46,487 nucleotides of DNA, taken from an uncultured Methanosarcinales archaeon (lineage in GTDB: Archaea > Halobacteriota > Methanosarcinia > Methanosarcinales > CAZCCY01). The stretch lies in assembly GCA_964497545.1 (NCBI GenBank), contig CAZCCY010000003.1, positions 1 to 46,487 on the forward strand. The letters run 5' to 3'. Both the position numbers and the translations under genes were made by a program. This document shows, in pieces, positions 11,242 to 20,133 of this stretch; the first letter of the stretch is position 1, and each line of letters opens with the position of its first letter. The notes below the pieces were generated by a model. That model was not told the origin of the DNA and searched no databases. It saw only the letters and a program-made list of their open reading frames with translations.

Positions 11242-12360
11242 ATGGGTACCTCGCAGCGTAAAATGGAGCATCTTCTTCTCTGTGCTGAACACAAGGTGGA
11301 AGCCCACCCTATCGAGGGGAGGCGGGCCTCGGGTCTGGATGATGTGAGCCTCATCCACTTGGCTTTACCCGAAATTAACAGGGAGGATATTGACCTCACT
11401 GTGGAGTTTCTGGGAGCCAGGCTTCAGGCCCCTGTTCTCATCTCCTCCATGACAGGGGGCCATCCCGACACCAAAGCTGTGAATGCCGCGCTTGCCAGTG
11501 CAGCCGAGACCCTTGGCATTGGGATTGGGGTGGGAAGCCAGCGGGCAGCCCTGGAAGACCCTGGGGTGGAGGACTCCTTCCGGGTGGTGAGGGAGCATGC
11601 CCCTGATGCTTTCGTCTATGCCAACATTGGTGTTGTACAGCTCCGGGACCATGGGGTGGAGGCAGCCCAGAGGGTGGTGGAGATGATTGACGCTGACGCC
11701 CTAGCTGTACATCTCAACTTTCTACAGGAGGCGGTTCAGCCCGAGGGGGAGACAGATGCCAGGGGGTGTCTGGAGGTGCTGGGTGAGGTGTGCCGGGAGG
11801 TGGGGGTGCCGGTTATTGTCAAGGAGACCGGTGCAGGTATCAGCCGTGAGGTTGCCAGGAGCCTCTGGAGGGTGGGTGTGAGTGCCATTGACATTGCGGG
11901 CATGGGAGGTACCAGCTGGGCTGGCGTGGAATACCATCGGGCCAGGGAGCAGGGTAAACTGCTTGCCGAGAGTATAGGGAAGCTCCTGTGGAACTGGGGT
12001 GTGCCCACCATTGTAAGCCTCCTGGAATGCCAGGACGGCAAGCAGAGGGAGATAATTGCAAGTGGAGGCATCAGAAACGGGCTGGATATTGCAAAGACCC
12101 TGGCGCTGGGAGCAACCATCACCGCCACCGCGCTACCCTTGGTCGCCCCAGCCCTGAAGGGGGCTGAGCGGGTGTGTGAGCGGGTTAAACAGATGCTGGA
12201 GGAGCTCAGGGCAGTCATGTTCCTCACCGGCTGCCAGAAGACCGGTGACCTCAGGAAAATCCCGGTCCTCATCACCGGCAGAACCCGGGAGATGCTGGAG
12301 TTACGGGGGATAGACGCAAAAAAATATTCAATCAAAAAAGGGAGGGGAGAAAGACTTTAA
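11242..12360 (+). CDS. fni: Type 2 isopentenyl-diphosphate delta-isomerase (FMN-dependent)
   Basis: 'ISSMTGG', 'VIVKETGAGIS' and 'ASGGIRNGLD' TIM-barrel FMN motifs. Adjacent to ipk. Confidence 0.9.
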   Translation: MGTSQRKMEHLLLCAEHKVEAHPIEGRRASGLDDVSLIHLALPEINREDIDLTVEFLGARLQAPVLISSMTGGHPDTKAVNAALASAAETLGIGIGVGSQRAALEDPGVEDSFRVVREHAPDAFVYANIGVVQLRDHGVEAAQRVVEMIDADALAVHLNFLQEAVQPEGETDARGCLEVLGEVCREVGVPVIVKETGAGISREVARSLWRVGVSAIDIAGMGGTSWAGVEYHRAREQGKLLAESIGKLLWNWGVPTIVSLLECQDGKQREIIASGGIRNGLDIAKTLALGATITATALPLVAPALKGAERVCERVKQMLEELRAVMFLTGCQKTGDLRKIPVLITGRTREMLELRGIDAKKYSIKKGRGERL

Positions 12361-12415
12361 ACGAGAAACCCTACAAAGTGTCTAGAATGACTAATTAAAG
12401 TGGAGAGTACTAGGT

Positions 12416-13105
12416 ATGGAGTTCGAAACCGAGGTGGAAGATATCATCCAGCGTACCTATAATGTTAAAAGCTTCAGGTTCAGACGCCCCCCTGATCTTG
12501 ATTACAAGCCAGGGCAGTTTCTTTTCATAACCATAAAAAGTGGGGGAGAGGAGATGCAGAAGCATTTCACAATTTCCAGCAGCCCTACTGAGGGTTATCT
12601 GGAGTTCACCAAGAAGCTTACTGGTCATCCGTTTTCCAATGCCCTGGACAGGCTTGAGGTGGGGGACTGGGCGTTTATCCGGACGCCCTTTGGCAGCTTC
12701 ACCTTCGAGGGTGAGCATCCCAGGGTGGCAATGCTCTCTGGCGGTATCGGTATAACACCCCTCCGTAGCATGTGCCGCTATGCCACTGACAAGCGGCTTG
12801 ACACCAGCATAGTTCTCATCTATGGCAACCGGACCGAGGAGGACATTGTCTTCCGGGACGAACTGGATGCCATGCAACGGGAGAACCAGAACCTCCGGGT
12901 AATCCACACCCTCAGCAGCCCTGGGGAGAGCTGGAAGGGGTACCGGGGGAGGATAGAGCGGGAGCTTGTGGAAAGGGAGATTCCAGACTACCTGGAGCGG
13001 GTGTTCTACATCTGCGGTCCCCCCAGGCTGGTAGAGGCCATGAGAGACATAGCCCAGGAGCTGGGAGTGCCAGAGATAATACTGGAGAGCTTCCCAGGCT
13101 ACTAG
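12416..13105 (+). CDS. FNR-family FAD/NAD(P)-binding oxidoreductase
   Basis: FAD-binding 'KHFTISSSP' (RxYS-like) and NAD(P)-binding 'LSGGIGITP...ICGPP'. There is no Fe-S tail. It ends 3 nt before sdhA. Confidence 0.7.
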   Translation: MEFETEVEDIIQRTYNVKSFRFRRPPDLDYKPGQFLFITIKSGGEEMQKHFTISSSPTEGYLEFTKKLTGHPFSNALDRLEVGDWAFIRTPFGSFTFEGEHPRVAMLSGGIGITPLRSMCRYATDKRLDTSIVLIYGNRTEEDIVFRDELDAMQRENQNLRVIHTLSSPGESWKGYRGRIERELVEREIPDYLERVFYICGPPRLVEAMRDIAQELGVPEIILESFPGY

Positions 13106-13108
13106 AAT

Positions 13109-14803
13109 ATGGATTTTCATGATGTCCTGGTAATTGGCGGGGGGCTTGCTGGTCTCCGGGCTGCCCTGGAGGCATGTAAAACAGGGGATGCCGCTGTGAT
13201 CTCCAGGGTTTATCCGGTGCGGTCTCACTCGGTGGCAGCCCAGGGTGGAATCAATGCCGCCCTAGGCAGAGAGGACAGTGTCGAGAGTCATGCCTTTGAC
13301 ACGGTGAAAGGGAGCGACTATCTGGCAGACCAGGACGCTGTGGACATCCTCTGCGGGAACGCGCCCCAGGCTGTAAGGGAGATGGACAGGTGGGGCACAC
13401 TCTTCTCCAGAGACGAGAAGGGGGATATAGCCCAGCGGCCCTTTGGAGGCGCCGGGTTCCCCAGGACCTGTTATGCCTCAGACAGAACCGGCCACCACCT
13501 CCTCCACACCCTCTATGAGCACGCCATGGAGCGGAAGTCAGAGGGGAAACTCGCACTCTACAACGAGTTCTTTGCCCTGGGCCTGGTGATCGAAGATGAC
13601 AGATGTGCCGGGGTGGTCTGCCTTGACCTGAAAGGTGGCGAGCTAACCGTGCTGGGGGGTAAAGCAGTTGTGCTGGCTACCGGTGGCTATGGCAGGATCT
13701 ATGGGAAGTCGACCAACTCCATTATAAACACAGGCTATGGGTGCTATATGGCCTACCGGGCCGGGGCTGGCTTGAAGGACATGGAGTTTGTCCAGTTCCA
13801 TCCCACCACCCTCTTCGGGACCAACATCCTCATAACCGAGGGAGCCAGGGGGGAGGGCGGGTATCTTCTGAACAGCCAGGGGGAGAGGTTCATGGAGCGG
13901 TATGCCCCTGGGCTTATGGAGCTTGCTCCCAGGGACATTGTGGCCAGGTCGATTCAGACCGAGATAAACGAGGGTAGAGGCTATACTAGGGACGGTGACG
14001 GCTATGTCCACCTGGACCTGCGCCACCTTGGAAGGGATAGGATAATCGAGAGGCTGCCAGGCATAAGGCAGATCTGCATGTATTTCGCAGGCATAGACCC
14101 GGTGGAGGAGCCCATCCCTGTCCAGCCTGGGCAGCACTATTCCATGGGAGGTGTTGATGTGAACCTGAAATGTGAGACCGAAATCAAGGGGCTTTATGCC
14201 GCGGGTGAGTGCAGTTGTGTGAGCGTGCATGGTGCCAACCGGCTGGGGGGTAACTCGCTCCTGGAGACCCTGGTCTTCGGGAGAATTGCAGGAGAAAATG
14301 CAGCCAAACACGCTTTAAAAACAAACAAAGCCAGGAAAGACACGCTGCTGGGGTCGCTTGAAACTGAGAGGGCCAGAATCGAGAGGCTATTCCAGGGTGG
14401 AGGGGAGCAGGTGTATCTTATAAAGAGGGAGCTCCAGAGGACCATGGATGGGAAGGTCGGGATATTCCGGGAGGAGATCGGTCTCAAGGAGGCTCTCCTG
14501 GAGATAAAAATGCTCCGGGAGCGTTATAAAAACATTGGGGTTGAGAGCGAGAGCCTGGTTTTCAATGATGAGCTCCTGGATGCCCTGAATCTTGAGGGGA
14601 TGCTTGGTCTTGCCGAGGTCATATGTCTGGGCGCGCTGGGGAGACAGGAGAGCCGGGGCTCCCACTACCGGCTCGACTACCCCACTAGGGATGATGCCAA
14701 CTGGTTGAAACACACCCTGGCACATTTCACCCTGGCGGGTCCAGAGATTACCTATCGGGATGTCAGGATAACAAGGTACCAGCCGAAAAAGAGGGTTTAC
14801 TAA
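13109..14803 (+). CDS. sdhA: Succinate dehydrogenase / fumarate reductase flavoprotein subunit
   Basis: 'DVLVIGGGLAGLRAA', 'SHSVAAQGG' (covalent-FAD His region), 'EFVQFHPT', 'HGANRLGGNSL' and 'ESRGSHYR'. Confidence 0.9.
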   Translation: MDFHDVLVIGGGLAGLRAALEACKTGDAAVISRVYPVRSHSVAAQGGINAALGREDSVESHAFDTVKGSDYLADQDAVDILCGNAPQAVREMDRWGTLFSRDEKGDIAQRPFGGAGFPRTCYASDRTGHHLLHTLYEHAMERKSEGKLALYNEFFALGLVIEDDRCAGVVCLDLKGGELTVLGGKAVVLATGGYGRIYGKSTNSIINTGYGCYMAYRAGAGLKDMEFVQFHPTTLFGTNILITEGARGEGGYLLNSQGERFMERYAPGLMELAPRDIVARSIQTEINEGRGYTRDGDGYVHLDLRHLGRDRIIERLPGIRQICMYFAGIDPVEEPIPVQPGQHYSMGGVDVNLKCETEIKGLYAAGECSCVSVHGANRLGGNSLLETLVFGRIAGENAAKHALKTNKARKDTLLGSLETERARIERLFQGGGEQVYLIKRELQRTMDGKVGIFREEIGLKEALLEIKMLRERYKNIGVESESLVFNDELLDALNLEGMLGLAEVICLGALGRQESRGSHYRLDYPTRDDANWLKHTLAHFTLAGPEITYRDVRITRYQPKKRVY

Positions 14804-14823
14804 AAGAGAGAGAGGGATGGGTT

Positions 14824-15591
14824 ATGGTAGAATTAAGGGTGTTTCGCTCCCCTCCTGGCAGGTATGATGTTTTCGAGGTTGAGGAGCGGGAGGGTATGAC
14901 TGTGCTTGAGGCTCTCTTTAAAATCCGGGAGGAGATAGATGGCAGTCTTGCTTTCAGGTACTCGTGTCGGGGGGCTGTGTGTGGCTCGTGTGCTGTGCTG
15001 ATTAACAGGATACCCAGGCTTGCCTGCCGGACCCAGGTGAGGGATGCTAAAAGCGAGAGTGTATTGGACTTGGTGGCCTACGGCCCCTATGTGAAGCCAG
15101 CTGTCAAAACCGGTGGAAGGATTCTGGTGGAACCTCTCCCCAGCCTGCCGGTCATAAAAGACCTGGTGGTGGACCTTGACAGGTTTCTGGGGCATTATGA
15201 GAGCATTGAGCCCTGGATGTCCTCCCATGGCAATATGAGCCTTGAGGAGATGAAACAGACCGAGGTCTATGCCAACTGCATCCTGTGTGCTGCCTGCTAT
15301 GGTGCGTGTCCTGTGGCCTCCAGGGACAGGGATTTCCTTGGGCCTGCTGCGCTGGCAAAGTCCTGGAGATTCTGCTCAGATACGAGGAACAGCCAGGAGG
15401 ACATTGAAAAGAGGATTGAACAGGTAGACACACCCTGGGGTGTCTGGGGCTGTGATACGGTGTATAAGTGCACCGAGGTCTGCCCCAAGGAGGTGCCACC
15501 AACCCTGGCGATAACGGCTTTCAGAAGAAAGATTCTTGTCCACAGGTCAAGGAAACTTGCAGGCAGACTCGTGAGACTCCTGGGAAGGTGA
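14824..15591 (+). CDS. sdhB: Succinate dehydrogenase / fumarate reductase iron-sulfur subunit
   Basis: 2Fe-2S 'CRGAVCGSCAV', 4Fe-4S 'CILCAACYGACP' and a third cluster 'CTEVCPKEV'. Confidence 0.85.
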   Translation: MVELRVFRSPPGRYDVFEVEEREGMTVLEALFKIREEIDGSLAFRYSCRGAVCGSCAVLINRIPRLACRTQVRDAKSESVLDLVAYGPYVKPAVKTGGRILVEPLPSLPVIKDLVVDLDRFLGHYESIEPWMSSHGNMSLEEMKQTEVYANCILCAACYGACPVASRDRDFLGPAALAKSWRFCSDTRNSQEDIEKRIEQVDTPWGVWGCDTVYKCTEVCPKEVPPTLAITAFRRKILVHRSRKLAGRLVRLLGR

Positions 15592-15598
15592 AAAAAAA

Positions 15599-15937
15599 TT
15601 GAAAGAGAAATATAGTGGTGCTGGGATGTGGGCGTGGGCCCTACAGCGGGTGACAGGGCTCCTGCTTGTCCTTTTCCTCTTCCTCCACCTCTGGAACCTA
15701 CATTTCAGCTACAGGTTCCAGACACCCCTGGACTTTGTTTTCGAAAACCTCTACAAGCCAGCCACCCTCTATTCCCTGCTGGGGATTGTGGTCTTCCATG
15801 GCCTGGCCGGTGTTAGAACCGTGCTGGTGGACTTCGGCCTCAGCCTGAAGGCCCAGCGGGCAGTGTTCTGGACACTTGTGGTGCTGGGCAGTTTGATTGT
15901 AGCCTACGGTGTTTACAAGCGGGCATTCGGCCCCTAA
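15599..15937 (+). CDS. sdhC: Putative Sdh/Frd membrane anchor (single 3-TM cytochrome-b-like subunit)
   Basis: Three hydrophobic helices with conserved-looking His residues ('LFLHLWNLH', 'VVFHGLAG'). It lies directly after sdhB. The start is TTG 15599 or ATG 15626. No second anchor ORF follows. Confidence 0.55.
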   Translation: MKEKYSGAGMWAWALQRVTGLLLVLFLFLHLWNLHFSYRFQTPLDFVFENLYKPATLYSLLGIVVFHGLAGVRTVLVDFGLSLKAQRAVFWTLVVLGSLIVAYGVYKRAFGP

Positions 15938-16288
15938 ACAACGAAAATAGGAGTAAAGGGTGCAGCAGTACTTCCATGCGGGCTCGAAGTGTTTGAATTC
16001 TGTTTTCATTGTATTCTCGTAACGTGCTCAGAAATATTCTGCTATTGGAACCAGGCATAGCGATTTATACCCTTTTCTAATGTTAATATCCTGTTGAAGG
16101 GTTGTGCATAAGTTTGTGCACATTTCCATACACATTTTTATATGTCATTAAATATCTATAATTTGCACCTGAAGCATAAAACTCTGGCAGTGTGCTGAAG
16201 ATAAAATAGAGGGGATGAAAATGTACAAACCGAAGCTATTTCGAGCTCCAGCAGCTCTTCTAAGATATTTTAGAGCAACATCGATCAC

Positions 16289-16597
16289 ATGTATCTGCGA
16301 TACATCTTCTCATTATTGGCACCTGCCCCATTGATCTTTGCACAAGTTGCAGAGGCCCTGGTTCTGCAGGGTGGCCAGGGGACATTTAAAACCAGGCCAA
16401 GGGTCGCGGTGGCAGCATACCACACACCTGTCCAGGCGATGGAGGTCTCCACCTGCCTGACAAAAATGGGATACCAGCCGGGAATAGAGTACGCCCGCTC
16501 AGGCGTCTACCGGGCCATGCAGGACCATGTGCCCATCATCTACGGTGGCGTCTCAGGGAGAGGAGGATTAGGGCCAGGATTGTTAGGGGGGCTGTGA
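16289..16597 (+). CDS. Orphan ORF of uncertain reality
   Basis: Coding-like GC content but no recognisable motif. The last 60 nt are antisense to the C-terminus of the convergent DUF3344 gene. Confidence 0.2.
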   Translation: MYLRYIFSLLAPAPLIFAQVAEALVLQGGQGTFKTRPRVAVAAYHTPVQAMEVSTCLTKMGYQPGIEYARSGVYRAMQDHVPIIYGGVSGRGGLGPGLLGGL

Positions 16598-17432
16598 AAC
16601 CTGGTGTTTTTGAGGGAGAGGTGTGTTTCACTGTCAGGAAGGCGTTGCTGACCACCATGTAGTCTCCGTTGTCCTTGATTCGGATGATGTTTTCTCCTTT
16701 TTTCAGGTAGGGTTTAACGTCTCTTGTGTCGATTGCCAGGTCAGGATAGGGTTTGCCCTGGTAGACCTGGTTCCAGGTTTTTTTGTTGAAATAGAGGGTG
16801 TTTTTACCCTTGTTGCCGCCTGCCACCACGGTGGTGAGTGTGGCTTTTTCTGCCTTGTCAGGGATGTTGTTGAAGCGGATTTCGGTGGTTGTGTTTTTTA
16901 TGCCCTGGAAAGCGTAAATCATGTCTGCCCCCTCGGCGAGCCAGTACTCAGTGTCTCCCTGGTAGACCAGGAGGAGTCCCATCCCGTTTATGGCGAAGTT
17001 GCCCTGGCCTGTGTTTTTTACCATGGCTGTGCAGTCTTTTTTGGTTACAAGGCCTGTGACGTTGTAGGCGTAGGTGCCGCTGGGGTAGTTGTAGGGGTCT
17101 TCTCCTTTCTGGTCGGTGTATTTTCTCTCGGGTGTGAGCAGTTTTCCCTGGAAGGTTGTTTCCATGGATGGGTTTACTCCCTGGTCTCCCTGGTGGCTCC
17201 AGGTCCAGTAGAGGTAGAGTCTTGCAAGTTTTATTTCACCCTCTCTGGGGAGGGTGAATTTCACGGTGTAGCTATCGCCTGGTGCCAGCTCGCCGCTGTA
17301 GGTGCTGTTTCCTATGGTGAAAACAGGCTCGCCTTTCCCGTGCTGGTAGGTTTCGAGCCGGTCTCCGGTGTAGGATGCTAGGGCGGGGGGTGTCAGGATG
17401 AGTGCCAGTGCGAGTGCTGCTATGATTTTCAT
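16536..17432 (-). CDS. Secreted DUF3344-like protein (single B-type domain) with PGF-CTERM sorting signal
   Basis: Signal peptide 'MKIIAALALALILTPPALA'. Blocks 'GNSTYSGEL', 'IKLARLYLYWTWSH', 'YPSGTYAYNVTGLV' and 'EYWLAEGADM' are shared with the paralogues. C-terminal 'PGFTAPLTILALILLSLRRHRR'. Confidence 0.8.
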   Translation of the reverse strand: MKIIAALALALILTPPALASYTGDRLETYQHGKGEPVFTIGNSTYSGELAPGDSYTVKFTLPREGEIKLARLYLYWTWSHQGDQGVNPSMETTFQGKLLTPERKYTDQKGEDPYNYPSGTYAYNVTGLVTKKDCTAMVKNTGQGNFAINGMGLLLVYQGDTEYWLAEGADMIYAFQGIKNTTTEIRFNNIPDKAEKATLTTVVAGGNKGKNTLYFNKKTWNQVYQGKPYPDLAIDTRDVKPYLKKGENIIRIKDNGDYMVVSNAFLTVKHTSPSKTPGFTAPLTILALILLSLRRHRR

Positions 17433-17462
17433 CTTTTCTCTCTCTTTTTTTAGGAGGAAACC

Positions 17463-17480
17463 GGGGGGGAGACCCCCCCC
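17463..17480. other. G7-AGA-C8 homopolymer hairpin between two genes of the DUF3344 array
   Basis: GGGGGGG-AGA-CCCCCCCC read directly. It lies 3 nt after the stop of the 79-aa ORF and 30 nt before the start at 17432. Confidence 0.5.
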
Positions 17481-17483
17481 ATT

Positions 17484-17723
17484 TTATGGCTTTCTTTTGA
17501 TGGGTGATATTTTACCGGGTGTGATGTCTATGGTGGCTATTTTTGTCACCCCATGGGTTTTGTTGCTGATTAGGGTCACTGGCTCCTGGGCATGTTCGTT
17601 GGATTGTAGCTGTGGGAGTGTCATTGCCAGTGCTGCTACCAGGGCCAGTGCCAGGGCGATTGCCTTCCACCTGCGTGCCTCCATTTCGGCTTTGTTGAGA
17701 CTCTCTGTTTCAGTATTTGGCAT
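17484..17723 (-). CDS. Small signal-anchored protein (79 aa)
   Basis: One TM segment 'WKAIALALALVAALAMTL'. It overlaps the end of the 807-aa gene by 14 nt and is co-oriented within the array. No family was recognised. Confidence 0.35.
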   Translation of the reverse strand: MPNTETESLNKAEMEARRWKAIALALALVAALAMTLPQLQSNEHAQEPVTLISNKTHGVTKIATIDITPGKISPIKRKP

Positions 17724-20133
17724 AGATGTTGTACCTCCCTTTCTCCATTTCCAGTGCGAAGCTCCCGTCGCTGTGTGTCATTGTGATGTAGACCCGTTCT
17801 TCGTCTGTGTCCTGTTGTCCATTGTCGTTGGCATCGTAGTATCCCACGTTGGTCAGGTATTCCTGGGTTTTGTGGGTGAAGGGGTCTGTGAGGTTCAGTT
17901 TTAGCTCGATGCTTGTGGTTTTTATTTTTGTCCAGTCCCATTCTGAGGGGTCTGTGGTGGCGTTTATCCCGTAGACTTCTATGTTGGGTGCTTCCCGTTT
18001 CCCGGCGACCTGGTTGAATTTGTTGTAGACTGCGAAGAAGAGGGTGCCTGTTGCTGCTCCGTAGCGGCTGTCTGGTACTGTTTTTATGCCGAGCTCGCTC
18101 AGTTCTCCTGGTGTGATGTCTGTGACGCCCAGGTCTGGGAGTTTGGGCTTGGTTTTGAGTATGAGTATGGCGTTGCTTGGTACTATGTAGTCGCCTCTGT
18201 CCTGGATGGCGAGTTTGTTGTTACTGGGCTGGAGGTGGCTGCCCACCTCCCACCGGTCTACCGCGATGAGCTGTCTGGAGGAGGGTGCGTCTGTTGTTCC
18301 GAGGAGGTGGGTGTTAAATGTAACCTTGTTTTTGTCCTGGTCGCCCTTGTCTGCACCCGGGATGACTGTTATGAGTGTGGCGTTTTTCACGGTGTCGAGG
18401 TCCACAGGGCCGTTGAAGTCTATCTGGGTGGTTGCCTGTTCTGGTGGGATGTCTTTTGCGTAGAGCATGTCTGCGCCCTCTGCGAGCCAGTATTCTATCT
18501 CAGTGCTGGTGTCTTCCACCACCACAAGTAGTCCTACCCCGTACATGGCGAAGTTGCCCTCGCCTGTGTTGTTAATGGTTGTGGTGTAATTCCCTTTACC
18601 GGTTACCAGGTCTGTCACATTGTAGGCGTAGGTCCCGCTGGGATAGTCAAAGCTGCCAAAGCCTTTGCTGTCAGAGTATTTCTCCTCTGGCGTGATGGTT
18701 GTCCCGTTGAATTTCACCTCCATCTCTGGATCGGCGCCGGTGTCCTCTTTGTGGCTCCAGCTCCAGTAGAGGTAGAGTCTTGCCAGTTTGATGGTGGCGT
18801 CAGTTTTCAGTTCTGACTCCACGGTGTAGCTGTCACCGTTTGCCAGCTCCCCGCTGTAGGTGCTGTTTCCCAGGGTGAATATTATGTCCCCTTGTATTTT
18901 CTCGTGTCTGTAGATGGTGAGGGGTTTGTCTCCGAAATACCCGTTTTTTGTCACAACCTCGGCGTCTGTGCTGTTCGCATTGTTTGTCTCATTGGATTCC
19001 TCGACCTCTCCCTCTGGGTCTGCTCTGACCTCGAGGAGGTAGGTTCCAGTCCCGGGTGGGTTCCAGGAGAATTCTACCGTGGTGTTTGAGCCTGGGTTCA
19101 GGCCCGGGATTTCCACGGTGTCGGTGGGGTTGCTGTCCACGTAGAGTGTGGCGTTGAAGGCTGTGGCGCTTCTTGTGCCCTGGTTGGCAATTTCAGCTTT
19201 TATGGTGCTGGGGGTGTTGTTGTAGATGAAAGCTGGCAGGCTCAGGTTCCCCACGGTGAGGTCTGGTTTCCCTGGTGGTGCGCCTTTTGTCAGTAAAAGC
19301 ACTGCAATTACCGGGTGCAGGCTTGTCCCGCTCCCCCGGTCAAACACCAGGGTGTTACTGGACGAAGCGAGTTTGTCTGTGACATCCCAGCTGTCCAGGT
19401 CAAAGTAGCTTCCCTGGTCTGCTTTTGCAGCGTCTGTGGCGATGGTGTTCCCGTTAAGGGTGAGGGTGTCGTCATCGCCTTTTTTGCTTGCAATGTATGC
19501 TGTCCAGAGGGTGGCGGTGCTACTGGTGTCGATTGTGCCCTGGAAGGCTGTGGAGGCTGTGTCTTTCGGGGTCTTGTGGTTGGGGTTCTCGTTCCCCTCG
19601 TTTATCCAGTACTCTATCTCCTCCCCGGTGGGGTCATTGTAGGCTGCTACAAGCACCATGCCATAGACCCGGCCGTCGATGTCTCCGCTGGTTGTGGCGG
19701 TCGCGGTATTCGAGCCTTCTTTGATTTTGTCGGTTACATTGTAGGCTGTCCAGTAGACGCCATAGCCTGACACGTAGACGTTGGGGTTTGTGTCGGCTTG
19801 ACCTCCGAGGTTTAAGGTTCCGAGGTCGTTGCTGTTAAAGGTTGTCTGAAGTGTACCGGTGTACTCAGGGTTGCCGCCCCAGACCCCCACGTAGAGTCTT
19901 GCGTATTTGATGCTGGATGGCACGTTGTTGAAGGTCTGAGTGTAGGGAGAGGATTTCAGGCCGTGTCCGCCGTTGATGTAGATTCCGCCTTTTATGGTTT
20001 CGTGTCTTGTGGTGCTGAGGGGTATGCCGTCGAAATTGTAGATGGCGGATGCTGGTGTTATCAGGAGTATCGCGCAGGATGCGAGCCACGCCATCCCCAC
20101 TATTTTTCTTTTTTTTATTTTTTTGATTTTCAC
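17710..20133 (-). CDS. Large secreted protein: DUF3344 A-type domain, CARDB domain, DUF3344 B-type domain, unknown C-terminal domain
   Basis: Signal peptide '..AWLASCAILLITPASA'. A-domain blocks are 'IKYARLYVGVWGG', 'VYWTAYNVT', 'YGMVLVAAY', 'EYWINEGNE' and 'YFDLDSWDVT'. CARDB block is 'PDLTVGNL...IANQGT...EESNETNN'. B-domain blocks match 16536-17432. The GTG start overlaps the upstream stop (GTGA). Confidence 0.85.
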   Translation of the reverse strand: MKIKKIKKRKIVGMAWLASCAILLITPASAIYNFDGIPLSTTRHETIKGGIYINGGHGLKSSPYTQTFNNVPSSIKYARLYVGVWGGNPEYTGTLQTTFNSNDLGTLNLGGQADTNPNVYVSGYGVYWTAYNVTDKIKEGSNTATATTSGDIDGRVYGMVLVAAYNDPTGEEIEYWINEGNENPNHKTPKDTASTAFQGTIDTSSTATLWTAYIASKKGDDDTLTLNGNTIATDAAKADQGSYFDLDSWDVTDKLASSSNTLVFDRGSGTSLHPVIAVLLLTKGAPPGKPDLTVGNLSLPAFIYNNTPSTIKAEIANQGTRSATAFNATLYVDSNPTDTVEIPGLNPGSNTTVEFSWNPPGTGTYLLEVRADPEGEVEESNETNNANSTDAEVVTKNGYFGDKPLTIYRHEKIQGDIIFTLGNSTYSGELANGDSYTVESELKTDATIKLARLYLYWSWSHKEDTGADPEMEVKFNGTTITPEEKYSDSKGFGSFDYPSGTYAYNVTDLVTGKGNYTTTINNTGEGNFAMYGVGLLVVVEDTSTEIEYWLAEGADMLYAKDIPPEQATTQIDFNGPVDLDTVKNATLITVIPGADKGDQDKNKVTFNTHLLGTTDAPSSRQLIAVDRWEVGSHLQPSNNKLAIQDRGDYIVPSNAILILKTKPKLPDLGVTDITPGELSELGIKTVPDSRYGAATGTLFFAVYNKFNQVAGKREAPNIEVYGINATTDPSEWDWTKIKTTSIELKLNLTDPFTHKTQEYLTNVGYYDANDNGQQDTDEERVYITMTHSDGSFALEMEKGRYNIYAKY

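Noticed and set aside
11736-12335. 199-aa minus-strand ORF
   Set aside because: It is antisense to the type-2 IDI gene and has no motifs. Its composition is that of a shadow frame.
12410-13228. 272-aa minus-strand ORF
   Set aside because: It is antisense to the FNR-like gene and the sdhA start. The plus-strand genes carry unambiguous cofactor-binding motifs.
13643-14311. 222-aa minus-strand ORF
   Set aside because: It is antisense to sdhA.
16623-17381. 252-aa plus-strand ORF, and the similar plus-strand ORFs at 17398-17904, 18206-18531 and 19315-19770
   Set aside because: They are antisense to the DUF3344 genes. Their Val/Gly/Cys-rich translations show no signal of a real protein. The minus-strand proteins share conserved blocks among four paralogues.
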